Counted from the stretch's first letter, positions 1 through 14,400 are shown. The stretch: DNA of 64,000 nt from a virus (IMGVR_UViG_3300012954_000009:38474-102473), one strand, 5' to 3'. Notes: generated by a model not told the origin, from the sequence alone. Numbers and translations are program-made.

Positions 1-1
1 T

Positions 2-2491
2 TAAATCTTTTGATTGTTGTATAGTAAAAAGTCCACGGTATGTTTCTATAAATCTATTAAAGTTAAGAACATAACCAATATACTCTGGTTTACCAAAGTT
101 TGCAGGATCTTGTATATACTCAGAAAACTTTCTTGTTTGTTTTAAACCATCTCGTAGTAGTCTAGTATATAATGTACTTCTAGCTTTAGGGCCTTCTTCT
201 TTAGCAACAGCAATAGCTGCAAGTGTGTGTTGTATATTTTCTTTAGTTGCTTTAGCAGTCCTATCCATGAAAATGCTACTTTCTATTTTATCAATAGCAT
301 CCTCTTTTTTAATTAGTGCAATCTCATATGAATCTAATGCACCGCTTATTGTTGCATACTCTGTAAGACCGTTAGCATCTAATGTATCTTCTGACATCTG
401 ATCAACTGGATCTAGTATATCATCAGGTGTTATTCTTGCATCATCTGATAACTCATCTGCTGCATCTATTTGATCCTTGGCAACTGGGTCTACAAATGAT
501 GGTATTAACGTGTTTACCATGTTAATGTTTTGGCTGACAGGATGAGGCATCCAAGTGTCAAACTCAAAATCACCATTAAACTTTTGCTTCTTTCCTTTAC
601 CGGTTATATCAACCTTTATATGAAATGTAGAAGTAGAGAACTCACTCTGGTCAACTTCATAACCCATATTCTCTAGCATTCTTCTGTATAGATTTACTTG
701 GAGATTATGTTGTTGTCTTGTAGATAGTCTGTCTACACCTTTTTGTTTTAAGAAACTATCATTCTTGAGATCCCAACCTTCATCATACTCTTCATTATTT
801 CTAACAAAGTTTTTACTAGTCTTTAAATCTATAACTCTTAAAGCACCACTGCGTGTTACAATAACTAAATCAGCTGTACCAGCAATCCCGGTCTCTTTAT
901 CATAAAGAACAACTTGAGGTATTGCTATTGCACCATCTGTTGTAAGCATTCTTACATTAGCCTCCATAGTTTTGTAGGCTGCTTCTGCTTTAACAGGGTC
1001 TAAGAATTTAATATTATCTTTTATTTCGTCAAAAGTTTTGTCAGATACAATAGCATCTAATATCATATCAAACTCATTACCAATATCTAAGTTAAGCTGA
1101 TTCTCTGCTTGTTGCTTTGGAGTCATCTTACCTTTGATAACTTGAGTGGCTGACAAATAATCTTTACCGTTAACTATATCTAGGTATGTATGGTCTTTCT
1201 CATTTAGAACTACAAGCGTATCTGCACCTTCTTTTGCACTGGCAGATAGTGTATCAACCTCTTGATCAGAAGTCTGTGCTAAGTTAAATAACCTCTTTAT
1301 TACTTCTTCTTGTTTTGAGTTTACAGCTTGTCCTAAAGCATAATCTATAATGGATTGCTTCTCTGGAGTAAGATTATATCTAACCTTTGTATCAGCTACT
1401 CTTTCTAATTTAAACTCTATGTCTGAAGTATTAAGAAGTCTTGCAATATCAGATAGTTTGGCATTAGTAGTTAAAGATGATGCTTTAAATTGTAATGGAC
1501 GCCCTGTTAAATACTGACTAAAGTTTTTAATTATCTCAGAAAACCACTGTAAAAATTGTTTTATAACATCTTTGAATGATCTTGTTGGATTTGTTTCATA
1601 CTCATTATTAAAATGTCTAGACAGTGCTTGAGTAACAAGTTCTAGGTTTCTATGTCTTTGATTAAAACCTCTAGCGTCTGTATAGGAGTCTTCTATTTCT
1701 TGATTTAATACAGGAAAGTTTTGTTTAGCTTCTGCTAGTAATTTGTTAAACAATTCTGTATTATCTACAAGTAACCCATCTACAAATGGGTGTAGTATTT
1801 CTTCTATTGCTGTTTCATTGCTTACTCTTCCTTTTATTAAGACAGCATTGCCATTTACATAGAAAGATCTAATCTTATCAAAAGGCACCTTAGCTTTTTG
1901 TGATTCAGGTAAAGAATCATAGTACCGCTTTGCTTGAGCAACTGTGACAACCTCAACATTAATCTGCGGGAATATATTTGCTAAGTGTTGTACTAATTGT
2001 ACAGAGTGTGTAGATTTATTATTTGTTGTAGCATCAATTAGATCTTTAGGAGTAAATACATTTTGCTTAACTATTACTTCAAAAGCTTTTTCTGTTCTCC
2101 TAAATGTTACAGCTTCTTCAGGTATATTATTTATCCTTAAATATCTTTTAGTAAGAGTTAGATTCTTCTGTAATACTGATTCATTGTATGTCCAAGTGTT
2201 TTGATCCCATGTTGTTCTCTCTGAGTTATTAATATAGAACCTACCTTTGTACATGCTACCATAACCAAGCCTACTAAGATTACCTAATAAAGCATCACCA
2301 AACTCTCTTCTTTTCAAAGAAAACAAAGCTTGTTGATCTTTCTTAAGCTGCATTGCTTGTTGTAGTGTTGGCAACTCTTCTGATCTGTTTAGCTTCTGCC
2401 AAGTATTAATAACATTTTCTGTTTTAAGATCAGTTTTAAATTGTTGCTTTAATGCTTGAAACTCACTTGTATTTCTATTTATACACGCCAT
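2..2491 (-). CDS. Giant virion cargo protein, partial (runs off left edge); degenerate zincin-like domain plus PD-(D/E)xK nuclease domain
   Basis: Missing from the ORF track because there is no stop in the window. Hand translation gives 830 open codons from ATG at 2491 (MACINRNTSEF...). Motifs: AIEEILHPF (~1788-1810) and PQVVLYDKETGIAGTADLVIVTRSGALRVIDLKTSK...QHNLQVNLYRRML (~670-920). It follows the vRNAP, as giant cargo genes do in crAss-like phages. Confidence 0.85.
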   Translation of the reverse strand, partial: MACINRNTSEFQALKQQFKTDLKTENVINTWQKLNRSEELPTLQQAMQLKKDQQALFSLKRREFGDALLGNLSRLGYGSMYKGRFYINNSERTTWDQNTWTYNESVLQKNLTLTKRYLRINNIPEEAVTFRRTEKAFEVIVKQNVFTPKDLIDATTNNKSTHSVQLVQHLANIFPQINVEVVTVAQAKRYYDSLPESQKAKVPFDKIRSFYVNGNAVLIKGRVSNETAIEEILHPFVDGLLVDNTELFNKLLAEAKQNFPVLNQEIEDSYTDARGFNQRHRNLELVTQALSRHFNNEYETNPTRSFKDVIKQFLQWFSEIIKNFSQYLTGRPLQFKASSLTTNAKLSDIARLLNTSDIEFKLERVADTKVRYNLTPEKQSIIDYALGQAVNSKQEEVIKRLFNLAQTSDQEVDTLSASAKEGADTLVVLNEKDHTYLDIVNGKDYLSATQVIKGKMTPKQQAENQLNLDIGNEFDMILDAIVSDKTFDEIKDNIKFLDPVKAEAAYKTMEANVRMLTTDGAIAIPQVVLYDKETGIAGTADLVIVTRSGALRVIDLKTSKNFVRNNEEYDEGWDLKNDSFLKQKGVDRLSTRQQHNLQVNLYRRMLENMGYEVDQSEFSTSTFHIKVDITGKGKKQKFNGDFEFDTWMPHPVSQNINMVNTLIPSFVDPVAKDQIDAADELSDDARITPDDILDPVDQMSEDTLDANGLTEYATISGALDSYEIALIKKEDAIDKIESSIFMDRTAKATKENIQHTLAAIAVAKEEGPKARSTLYTRLLRDGLKQTRKFSEYIQDPANFGKPEYIGYVLNFNRFIETYRGLFTIQQSKDL

Positions 2492-2493
2492 AC

Positions 2494-5400
2494 TTATATA
2501 TTATAACATTCTTTTAATTTGTCTAAGAACTCTTGCTCACTTGCATATGTACCTGTCTCATACTCATTTATAAAGTCCTCTAAGCTATTTATACCATTCT
2601 CTGCTAAGGTAGCTTTTTTCTTGCTATCTTGTTGTATATTATCATCCCAATATTCAGTAAGCTCAGGATTTGTAGTTTCATTTGTACTACTTGAAGTGTT
2701 ACCTAATAAAGCAGCTATTGCTTGATTATCATTTTGTATATCATCTTCTGTAACTTCTCTTTCTACAAGCTCAGCTTGTGGTACTTCACCAACTGTAGTA
2801 TTCTTACCATCATACTCTACTGGTGCACCTTGTGCAATTTTTTGTGCACTATCTGTTGGTCCATCACCAATATTAATCTTATCAATCTCATCTAGCACAT
2901 CTCCATAATTATCTGCAGTATCCTGACCAGTTGTATTACGTACATACTTTCTAACTTCTATCATAGTTGGTCTTTCACCAAACATAAACCCTATTGGATT
3001 TTGTGAATCTGATCCCATTGGCTCTACCTCAACATATTCAGCATAGTTTCCACTAACTAAGTTAGCTGCTGTTATAGGTTGTGGATTTACACTTTGTACT
3101 TTTGATAACTCAAAGTATCTATATCTTGGTTGATCCTGAGTTCCAACATTTACTTTAATTACATAAGGTAATAATGCTTCCATATAACTTCTATCCCCAG
3201 ACTTCTCAAGAGTAGTTGATATATTCTTTCTGGCTAGTGTATTCTCAGCATTACCACTCTTAGAATTACTAGGTTTTCTTACTGACAAGAAATCGTCTGA
3301 CTGAGTTATCCTTTGCCCTGGATATACATTAACTATTAACTTTGATGTCTCTGTTGTTTCATCTATGTATGCTACTTGTTTATTTGCATTTTGAGAACTC
3401 TTACTAACAGCCTTCTTGCCATCTGCAATATTATAACCAAACCTATTATTTAAACTATCCTTAATATACTTAAATACCTCTGGACTATTCTTCTGTAAAG
3501 CTTTTAGTTCTGACCTTGGTATTAAATACTTAGGGAACTTAACATTTTCATACTGACCTATTAAACTATCTAATGCATCCAGTTGAGCTTCAAAGTTTGC
3601 AACAAAAGTATCTAGCTCTTCATTTGTATAGTAGTTAGACTCAATATCAGCTAGTCCTTTCTTATATATAACTCCAAAACTATTACCATTGTCTCTAACA
3701 GAACGGTTGCCATCTTTTCCTAAAGCAGAAGCATTATCACCAAACACATACAATGTATTCTCATTAATACTTACAGTATGTGGTTTATAAGGTGAACTTT
3801 GGATTTCTATCTTTGTTGGATTAGGATTATATGTTGCAATATTATATGTGTTTCTTAAGTCTCTTCTATTACTAGCACTAGTTAAGTAACCCTTTAAGAA
3901 GTCTTCTACAAGATCATTATAGTTCATTCCAAATGTAGACTCAAAGAATCTATTACTACCATCTCTTAGTGCTGATTCTACATTATTTACTTGCTCTAAA
4001 TAAGTGTCATAAGTAAATGGTGTGACTGCATCAAGTAATGATTGATAGCCGTATCTAAAACCATCCTTAACCATCATGTAGTGTATAATTTTTACAGCAT
4101 CATTTCTGGTCTCTAGATTACCATACAATCTTGCAAATGATGATTGCAAGTTTACTTTTTGACTATCACTAATTCTATTAAAAGTATTTGCTGCTGCTTT
4201 ATCAATACCATCTTTATTTCCTTCTTGATTTGCATTCTCTAATATTACAAAACTGTCTAAGAAGAAATTATTATTATCTATACTTCTAAGTCTTTCTACT
4301 ACATCTGTAATTTTCTCACCCTCTAATTGTGGATATATTAAACTATTGCTCAATGATCCGGCTTTTACAGGATCATTATCCACTAATTTTTTATCATAAG
4401 CTTTAATGGTAAGGTATGCTAATATATCTATCCTAATGTTTTCCTTAACTTCATCAGTAAGCATTCTGCTGTTCATATTAGTCATAACCTTATTATAAAG
4501 ATCTTTGAACAGCGGTGTTTGAGTTAAGAATACTTTTGGTAATATCTTAGATTCAATCTCATTAAATATTTTTATGTATTGACCTTGCCATGTATTCTTA
4601 AACATAGGTCGTACATCAATCAATGGTTGCTTGGCAGCAATTCTTTTTTCTCTATAGACTTTGTATGCTTTATCAGATAAACCAATACCTAAGTCTTTTA
4701 GATCTTGCTTTCTAGAAGCTATATCTGTAACTGTTGCACCAAGACCATTAGTAAGATTCATAACAGAACTTAGTTTTCCAAGATAAGTCTTAATACTATG
4801 TGCTGTTTGAAATTGTTTCAGTGTTGAGTATTCTTTTATTGCTTGATCTCTTGTAAACTCATCATCTTTTACTTTCTTTGCTAACCCAGCTTTTGACATA
4901 CTAATCTTATAGTTAGCATCAATCTCATCTATAAGTAATGCATCTGTTACCTCTACCTCTGAAAGATCACCAAACTCTTCTTCAAGATTTGCAAGCCTTT
5001 CTCTCACAAGTGTTGCAATACCAGCATCAAATTGATCATCTTTATTTGTGGCTTGATAGTAAAGTTGTCTTAGTGATGGGTGGTTTATTAATAATATAGA
5101 TGTCTTGATAGGTACACCTAATGCTGTCATTGAAGCAACAGTTGCTAATGCATCTCTATTTAAACCTAACTTACCTGACAATCTTAACTTTCCGTTATCA
5201 GTCATTGCTGTAATAAGAGCAGATAAAACATATTGGTTTCTATAATTACCATTGCTATCTTGTGTTTCTGAAAAACTATTATATTCTTTACCTCCTAATT
5301 CAAGTTGTGTAGTTGTACGTTGTTTACCCGCTGTAATTTGCTCTATAGTAATACCATACTCCTGTAGCAAGTTCAAGTATAAGTTAGGTAATACTACAGC

Positions 5401-8400
5401 ACCAATAGATTTAGCTCCTGCTTTATTTGCTTCAAAGCTTAATAGTTGACCTAATGGGCTATCAACATCTATATCCTCATTATCTAGCATTTGCTTGAAG
5501 TAAGGAACTTCTGCTGCTAACTCCTGTAACAAGTCTTCAAGAGGCTGTGTAACTGCAGGTTGATAAGTAATAGGAACATCCTCACCAGGTGTATTAGTAA
5601 CATGCTCATTACCCATTAAGGTAGACTTATAATCAACAATCTCATTGCTTATTGCTTCTATATATGGTTCATGCCCTGTCTTTTCTTTATACTCTGTGTA
5701 TTGTTCAAATGTTATAGGTAATCCTAAAGCACTTAATGCTTTCATTGCATCCTCATTAAAACCTGCATCTGATCCTTGATCAAAGTCCACAGTAACTTCA
5801 GCACCGCTATTTCTAAATTTAAGTAATGCTTCATTTATACCAGTGCCTGGTTTTTTAACAGAGTTGTTTATTGCTCTTATATAATCTGAATACTTACCAT
5901 CTTCTGTCTTAGCTTTTCCATACTCAAAGAACTCACCATCTTCTTCATAAAAGTCTTTTGATTGTACATATACCTTATCAATATCAAAGTCAGCACCTGA
6001 TATCTCAATCAACTCTCTAGCAAACACTGCACTAGAACCATAGTATGTTGGCATAAAGTCAACCATTCTAATGTTTACTGTAGAGTGATTATCCTGTGAT
6101 GGTATTCTAACACCAAACATTTTACTTACAGCTTCTGGCATAGCTTTATCAGTGTCTTTGATAAGATTACCTACATCTGCATGATGCGCTGGCATAATAG
6201 ATTCTGTATATCTTTCTTGTTGATATTGACCTTGATCATTATAAACCTTCATGTTAGATCTTAAACGGTCTATTATAACAACACCTTCTGATCCTGCATT
6301 TTCTACAAGTCCTGCAAGACCATCAAGATTTTTATCATTACCTTCTTGGTATCCGCCTTCATCAATGTTTGCTACAATCTCTGGCTTTGATCCCATTCTT
6401 TCCCAAACATCTTCTCTTATAACCTCATGCTTATCTGGCATTCCGTTTTCATCTACTGAAAGAACTCTTCTATATATTCTTACACCATAGTCAGACACTA
6501 GAGCTAATGACATACCTGTAGTCTTTTCTGCAAGTACACCCTTAGAAAAGAATGAAAGGAATAACTCTTCAAACTTCTTAACTGTTTGCGGGTTATTTAA
6601 GTTATACTTTTGTTGTCCTGTTTCATCAAGTGAGAACATTTCAAGTGTATTACTTGTAGCATTAGATGCTTCTAAACTTGATTGTGCATACTTAAGATAT
6701 ATATAGAGATCTGGTTTGATTTCACCTTCAGCAATACTTTCTTTTAATAATTCATTTGCATATTCAATATCAAAATTAAATAAGGAGTTTCTTCTATTTA
6801 GGTACTTGAGAGTTACTCTATCACTAACAGCTTTATTATAGTTTTCTCTTATCTTACCAACAGTAGTCTTCTCACCATTTAAAATTACAGGAGTATTATC
6901 GTTCTGCTCAGATGTTACAAGAGTTTTAACCTGTGTAGGATCTGTAACTAAAAGCTTATTAGATGGATTTACTGTCTGTAGACCCATAAAGTTTGCATCA
7001 AGAACCATAGATTGGTCTTCTTTAAACGCATTTGTATTATCTAATTCTGATAGTGGATTAACATTCTCCTTCAGCATCTTAAGTGCTGATACAGGTGCAG
7101 CTAAGGCAATAGTTTCTTTACCTTTCTCAAACTCCTCCAACTTAACTCTTAAGTTATGTAGTCTTACTTTATTTGCTTTTGGTTCTGTAAATCCAGATTC
7201 TTTTGTTGATGTATATTCAGGAGTTAAAACAAAAGCTGACATCTTAACAAAAGTTTTACCATCAGCATAGACAAACTTCTTAGAGTTTATCATTTCACTT
7301 GCTTTAGCATAGCTTTCATTTGTCTGATCAGCATTTCCAACTAACTCTTCATATGCTATATCTTCTCCTTTTTCAATTCTATTTAATAAGTCTGCTTGCT
7401 TAGCACTTAGCTTACCAAGACCAAACCACATATATCTAAACGCCTTGGTTGTCATCCAAAGTTGTGCATCAGCATTATCAGTCTTACCATCATTAAATGT
7501 ATTATCTACACTTGGTTCTGTAAAAGCAAATAGATTCATCTTTTGCAGAGGATGATTGATACCATACTCTTCTGCTTTTATTATTGATGCAACACTATCG
7601 TATGCTGCATTCTGTGCCTTAGCTCTTTTGACCTCATCAGTAGGATCTTTAAGAGTCATAGCAACATCACCTAGTAATACTTTATTTAACTCAGAAGCAT
7701 TAATCCAGTTGTTAAAGAAAATCTGCCTTAAGTTGTAGTTAATATCATCTGTTAAATTTAACAACCTATTAGACAGTCTAACTTCTGGAGTTACTGATCC
7801 ATTTGCATTTTGCAATCCGTTTCTAATATATGTACTAAGATCTGATTCATTAGCAACAGAGTCTAGCTTTCTTCTAAAGTTGAGATACTCTTGCTCTAAT
7901 CTATCTCTTAAGAAGTTGTCAAATGCAGCTTGATCACCTATAGCATCTTCAAATGATATGTCTTCTCCATTTCTGTAAGCTTCATTAATCTTAGACTCTA
8001 GGTAAGTTTCATAGTTATTAATAACTTCTGATGCACCATCTGTATCTTCTGTAGCATTGTCTTCTGTTCTAACCACTTCATATAGGAACATTTCTTTTGT
8101 ACCCTTTAAGAACTGTCTCATGTCACCAGACTCAACCCAGTATTGTGCCTCACCTATACGTACAGGATTTGTGTGCGTATCTGTCTTTTCATTGCTAACA
8201 GCTGCACCAAGTAGATTAATTATTCTATCTCTGTTTTCTGAGTTAACTCTCGTCTTACCTAAACTCTTTATAGGGCCTTCAAAACTATTTGTTGCTTTAT
8301 CAAACTGCTGGATTAATACATTACGTACTTCGTTGTCAGCAGTAAACTTAATAACATTTTTTGCATTCTTTTCATTATATACAAATGCATTCTGATCACC

Positions 8401-11400
8401 CTCTTTAATTCTATTTACCTGTACTTCTGAAGTTTTAGCTCTTACAGTTTTAGTAAAAGTATCTGTTTCCTTTGCTTCTCTAAGTATATAACCAGTCTTT
8501 GTAAACTTAATATTTCTCTTCTTACCACTATTATAGTCTACTATGTTTCTTTCAGTTGCTGTATCAGGATTTGTTTCTTTTTTTATTCTTTCAAACTCTG
8601 CTTTAATTTGATTTTTAAATACATTAAGAGCTTGATCAGTCAATACTATTTCACCTTTCTTATTTTCAACAGCTTTGATGATTGGAAGTTTTGCCATATC
8701 ACCAGTATTAGAAGCCTCAATAACTCTTATCAATACAGGAGCTAAAGCTGTTTCTACAAGCTCACCTGTCACAGGATCTTCTGTAATAATTACTTGATCC
8801 ATTCTACCTGTATTATTTCTAAATAAATAAGTATATGAGTTAACTAAGTTTGTAATAAAATCCTTTGGAGTAAAGTCACCATACGTTGTACCTGTACTTC
8901 TTGATTCATCTACACCATCTTCTGTAATATCTATGTTACCTGTTTTACCACCTGATATTCTAGTAATCCCTATCATACCAGCAGAAGCCATGCTTATAAA
9001 CGCATCATTATTTAGTAACCAGTTATTAATTAAGAAGTCATCATCCTTTGTTTTAAGATCTTCTAACAGCTCAGGATTATTTAATGCAGCCATTCTTTTT
9101 AAATGATATGTAGGCTTTTGATGTGCGTATACTAAGTCACCGTTTGCATTTTTAAATACTGATGCACCAATTGTTTCATCAAATGGAGCGTTTGTCATAG
9201 ACATTTTTTTAAGCACTCCCTGCATACCTACCTCAGATGTACTAAATACATATACATTATTTTTTATGGTACCTTTTAAATTACTAAGGTCTTCTGAGTC
9301 TAATGGTTCTGCGTTTTGATAAGCATCTAATAGTAGTTTTTCATCTGCAGAAAGATTCTCAGGTTTTACTCTTTGTAGTATGCTATACTTAATAAATGTA
9401 GGACTTATAGTAATACCAACTGTTCTAGATAAGTTCTTTGATAGTCTTGTAAATAGATCATTACCGTTCTCATCTTCCTTATACATATTCTCTTTAGTCT
9501 TTTTACCTAAAGGTTTATTTGGTGAAACTGCACTCTGTAAAACATTTAGTACGCTAACAGCTTCATCTCTTGCTGTTTTATCTACTGATAAACTATTTCT
9601 GTAAAGGAAGCTATAAGCTTGACCCCACTTATCTATCTGTGAACTTGCATCATCTCTATTTGCTGCAGAATACGTTAATACTCTTCCGTTCTTATTTCTA
9701 TGTATAAAGATGTAGTCAACTCTAAAGTTTTCCATACCCTTGATAAGAGCATTAAAAAACAGAGGATTCTCAACACCTTCTGTCCATTGATTATTATTTA
9801 TTTTATCCTGAGTGATCCCAAGGTCATTAAAAAATCTATTAACAACAGCTCCTGTTTGTGGATTTGTTTGACCAAATACATATAACTGTTTTAGTATTTG
9901 TGTTGGATCTGTGGTATTCTTTACAGCTTTTAGCATACCATTATATACTTCTGCAAAATCTACAGGAACAATAAGTTTTTCTCCAGGTGTTAATTCTGTA
10001 TTTCCAAAGATGTCTTGCTGTTCTAGCGTAGTAGTCATTATATAACGTCTAAGCTTTGCAGATAAAGAATTAAATCCACCAATTAATGATGCATCTACAT
10101 CCCAATTATCAACGTTTCTTAAACCTTGACTATCTTCTTTTTGCTCTGCCACAAATATTTGATCTTCTAAATTTATATCTACAAGATTTAAAAACTTAGA
10201 TACAGAGTTTTTAATTTCTTCAGGGAAGTTTTCTAATGCATCACTATAGTCATTCATTAGTAGTAGCCTCTCGGTAGTTTGATTTTCATTAGCAGGACTA
10301 CCTACATCATATAGCTTTTTAAAATCTTTTAAGACATCATCTAATAACTCTTCTCTTGTTATATTTGCATTAGTATTAGCCTCTTCTCTTTGTATATAAA
10401 TAGCAGCCATGCTTCTGACCATTGCATTAGCATTGTCAGAATCTAAATATTGAAAACCAACCTTATCTCCTACCTCTATCTTTTCAAAAGGCACTAGAGC
10501 ATTTGCTTCTATTGTTAACCCCTGTAACGCAGCTTGTGTAAAGCGGTTTTCAACCGGTTGTGCTGACTTATACTTACCAGAATCAATATTTTTAAATAGC
10601 TCTGTAAGCTCATTCTTACTGTATACACCCAGTACAGATTTAATCCATTCAAGGATTCTAGTGAATAAAGACTTAACCTCACTACTTGTGTTAGTGTCTT
10701 TTGGGCTCGTCTTGAATTTCTCAAATTCATCTGCCAAATACTCTTCATAATACTCTTCTATCAAACGTGCTTCTGACATATTCTGATATGTGTCAGCAGA
10801 GTTTCTAAATTTATTTAATTCTTCTTTAAAGTTTTTACCCTCAGCTCTTAGCTTAGCTCTTACTTCTCTTCTTGCTATACCTAGATATTTAGTTATCTCT
10901 TGATCAGTAAGTAGCATTCTAAATACACCGTGGAATGCTTCATGATATTTAAATGGGCTTGTTGCTCCTGTATATATAGTACCTTTAACATTAAGACCAC
11001 CAGCTAAACTGTTAAGACCTAAAACAAATGCACCAACTCTAACACCACCTGCTTTCTGATTATTAGCTAATGTTCTTATATCTTGTACAGTAATATATGC
11101 TGGTAAGTTAGCAATAGCCCACGCTTCAAACTCATCTATACTTGTAACATCTGTAACTGATAGCTCAGGACTTATTACTTTATTAGCAATAAGATTATTT
11201 AATTCTGCATTTAATCTTTTTAATTCAGCATCTTGTTTAAGTGCTTTCTTTAAATTCTTTAATTGCTTTGCAGCTTTTAACTCTTCTGTAATCTGAGCTT
11301 TTCTAGCTTTAATATCTTCTTTTAACTTAGCTTTTTGAATTTCTAAATTAGCTTGTGGATTATTAGAAGCAAGTTCTTTAATCTTTTTGTTAACCTGTGC

Positions 11401-14400
11401 TGTTTTATCAGACATTATTGCAGTCTCTCTATCTGATAAAGTTTCTCCTGTCATTACTTTTCTTGCAATGTTCTCTATTCTTTCATTGCTAACTTTACCA
11501 TTATCAATAAAGGCTTGATACTCTTGATCAGAAATTTGTCCAATAGGTGCATCTTCTTCACTCATTTGAGCAACCATGTCTTCTAGAGTCCTAGTATTCT
11601 GTTTTTCTTGCTCAGTCTTTTTCTCTTCTACGTTAGCTGCATCTTCACTAGCTTGCATGCTAGCAGAATCTTGCGTAAGATCCAATCTTATATTGCTTCT
11701 AACTCTACCATCTAGTGTTGTAGTAGTAAGGTCAACCAAGTTTCTAACACCTTTATCTGAAGAAGTAACAGGTATTTTCATATCAAAGCTCTCCTTCATA
11801 TTCTTTGTGGTGACTTTGATACCTTTTTCTTTGGCTACTTCTGTTTCATTCAATAAATCAAATAGTTCTGCTACATCCCCATAGCTTTCTGACTCTGCTA
11901 TTTTTGCTACACCCTCTTGAGATATTACAATAGGATTTGGTTTACCTTTTAGTTTACCCTTAGTGTGTAGTATAATAGGCTTACCCGTCTCTTTATCTAT
12001 AATATTTGCTTCTATTCTACCTCCTGGATCTACTCTTAACTGTATCTTATAACCAGGAATTGTAGAGATAAAAATATCTTTAGTAAAGTCTTCATTCCAT
12101 TTCTTATTATAAACTAAGTCTTTTCTTTTTGACTGGCTTACATTTTCTGGATCAGATAAGTTTTCTTGTCTTGTTTTAACTGCTCTATCTATAAGTTGCT
12201 TAAACTTGTCATTGACAGCTGCTGGTGTAAGTTCTGCTGGGTTTAGTTGTGCTAAAGTATAAACACCCATAGGAGACTTTATGATTGCAACATATGCTCC
12301 CATATTTCTTGCTGTCTTATATAATCCTTGTGATGTTAAATCTTGTTTTATTTTTTCTACAACTGCTGCCTCTTCTTCAGCATCTTCTATATTAGTCTTA
12401 AAGTCTTCCCTTCTTGTTACTTTTGTTTTACCATTCTCATCTACATCAGTCTGGTATCTGTTATCTAGAATAACAATATTACCATCAACAGTATAGTAGT
12501 CTAATTCCGTTAGAGACTTAGGTGCATCAAAGCTAAATGATCCTTCATTATATGTAAATCCAAAACCAGTACCTAAGAAATCACTAAGTTTTACAGTAAC
12601 TGTGCTATTCTTACCTAACTTCTTTTCAACAAACTCTAAGAAGTTAGCTGATATAGTAAAGTTATCTCTAATTTTAGAAAGTGCATTTACTTGATTACCA
12701 AAGAATGTATTTTGCGCAGTATCTTTATCTATTGTTCTAGGATCAATAGCTTGACCTTGTTTATTGTAAATAACAACATTGTCATTTGGTACATATCCAA
12801 ATATACCACTTGCACTATCAGACGGTTTAATACCTTTTGATTTTAAAATACTATTTATTTTTTTAGCAACTTTTGGGTTTCCTATCTTAAGAGCAATAGT
12901 ATATTTCTCTGACTTTCTCTTTATATATGGGTTTGAAGATTTACCTTCATATGCATAGTTCTCTCCTATAACCCCTCCATTAGGATTTACAGTTATAACT
13001 AGTTCTATAGTAGCTCTTTCTTCTGGAGTAAGCTCAGTCATAATCACATCATATCTTCTCTGAGCTTCTTCTCTTGATTCTCCTTTGTTTTGATGAGCAT
13101 ATGTTTTAGTTGGTTCACTAATTTGTAATCTACTTACATCAGTTGGTACCGTGCTAAAGTCTAGTGTATCTATTATTGTATATGCATTAGCAAACTCACC
13201 CGGTTTGATTACTTTTGTAGCATCTTTTCTTTCTTGACCTTTTGTATCTACTTTATCAACAGGAAGCAAGGAAAGATTTCCAAACTTTTCTAGAGATGTA
13301 GGAGATGTAGTTACTATAAATTTGTTACCGTCTGCATCTTCTACTTCTGTACCATATGATAACATTATATCATTTCCGTTTACATCTTTATCAAATGCAA
13401 ACGTATCTGATGTAGGTACTTTTTCTGCTAAAGTATTTAAACCTTTTACTGCTGCCCCTACTTTGCTATATACTCCATTTGGTGTTAATTCAGCTGCTTG
13501 TAAAAGTTCTTCTGATACATCTTTATTATCAACAGTTCTAATTTGCCAGTACTTTGTGGCATCTCCTGAGTCTGGATCTATAGTAGAAAACTCTACAACA
13601 ACATAACCACCTCTTGGTTTTCCAATAACTTTACCACCATACTCTACTTCTTGAACACCGTCTCCTAAATCTTCTGCTTGTTCTACTGTATAGAAGTCAT
13701 TGTATGTCAATCCACCTGCCTCAAGAATATCTTTTACATCTGGATTTGTTTCTTGATTTACTAACCATGATGTAAAACCTTGATCAGTATTATAGGCTTC
13801 CATTAGATCTTTCTGTGATTTATACTCTTCTTTTAAACCACCTTTGTCATACCAATACTTTTTAAGAGCTTCATAAGCTTTTACTGCCAACACAGCTTCT
13901 TGTGAATTTAACCAAGCTGCTTGACTCTTAGCTTTCTTACCAAGAGATTGCTGATCTCTCTTATGCTTTCTATATAATTTATTTAGCAGTGCTTTAATTG
14001 TAGGATTCTGTGTAGTATCAGTACCAAACGTTTGACTTTCTGGAGCATTTATTTCTGCATTATCTAACACACTATCAATCTTATCCTCTGACTCTTTAGT
14101 TTCTTTAGCTCTTGTTTCTGCAGCTTGTGGATCTTGTTGTACATCTTCTGTATCAGATATGTCCATACTATCATTATAATTATCAATGGCTGCACGGACT
14201 TTTAGATATAAATCTTTATCCATTTTAGGATCAACAACACCTTGTTCATTAAAGAATAATTGTAGGTATCTTGCATCTCCTGTTTTTAGGAACATCTCAG
14301 CTTGATCAGCATCAGGGTATACACCTAAATCATTTAATTTATTGAGTAATAAATTTGCTTCAATCTTGTTAATATACTTCTTTACTCTCTTTTCAAAATC

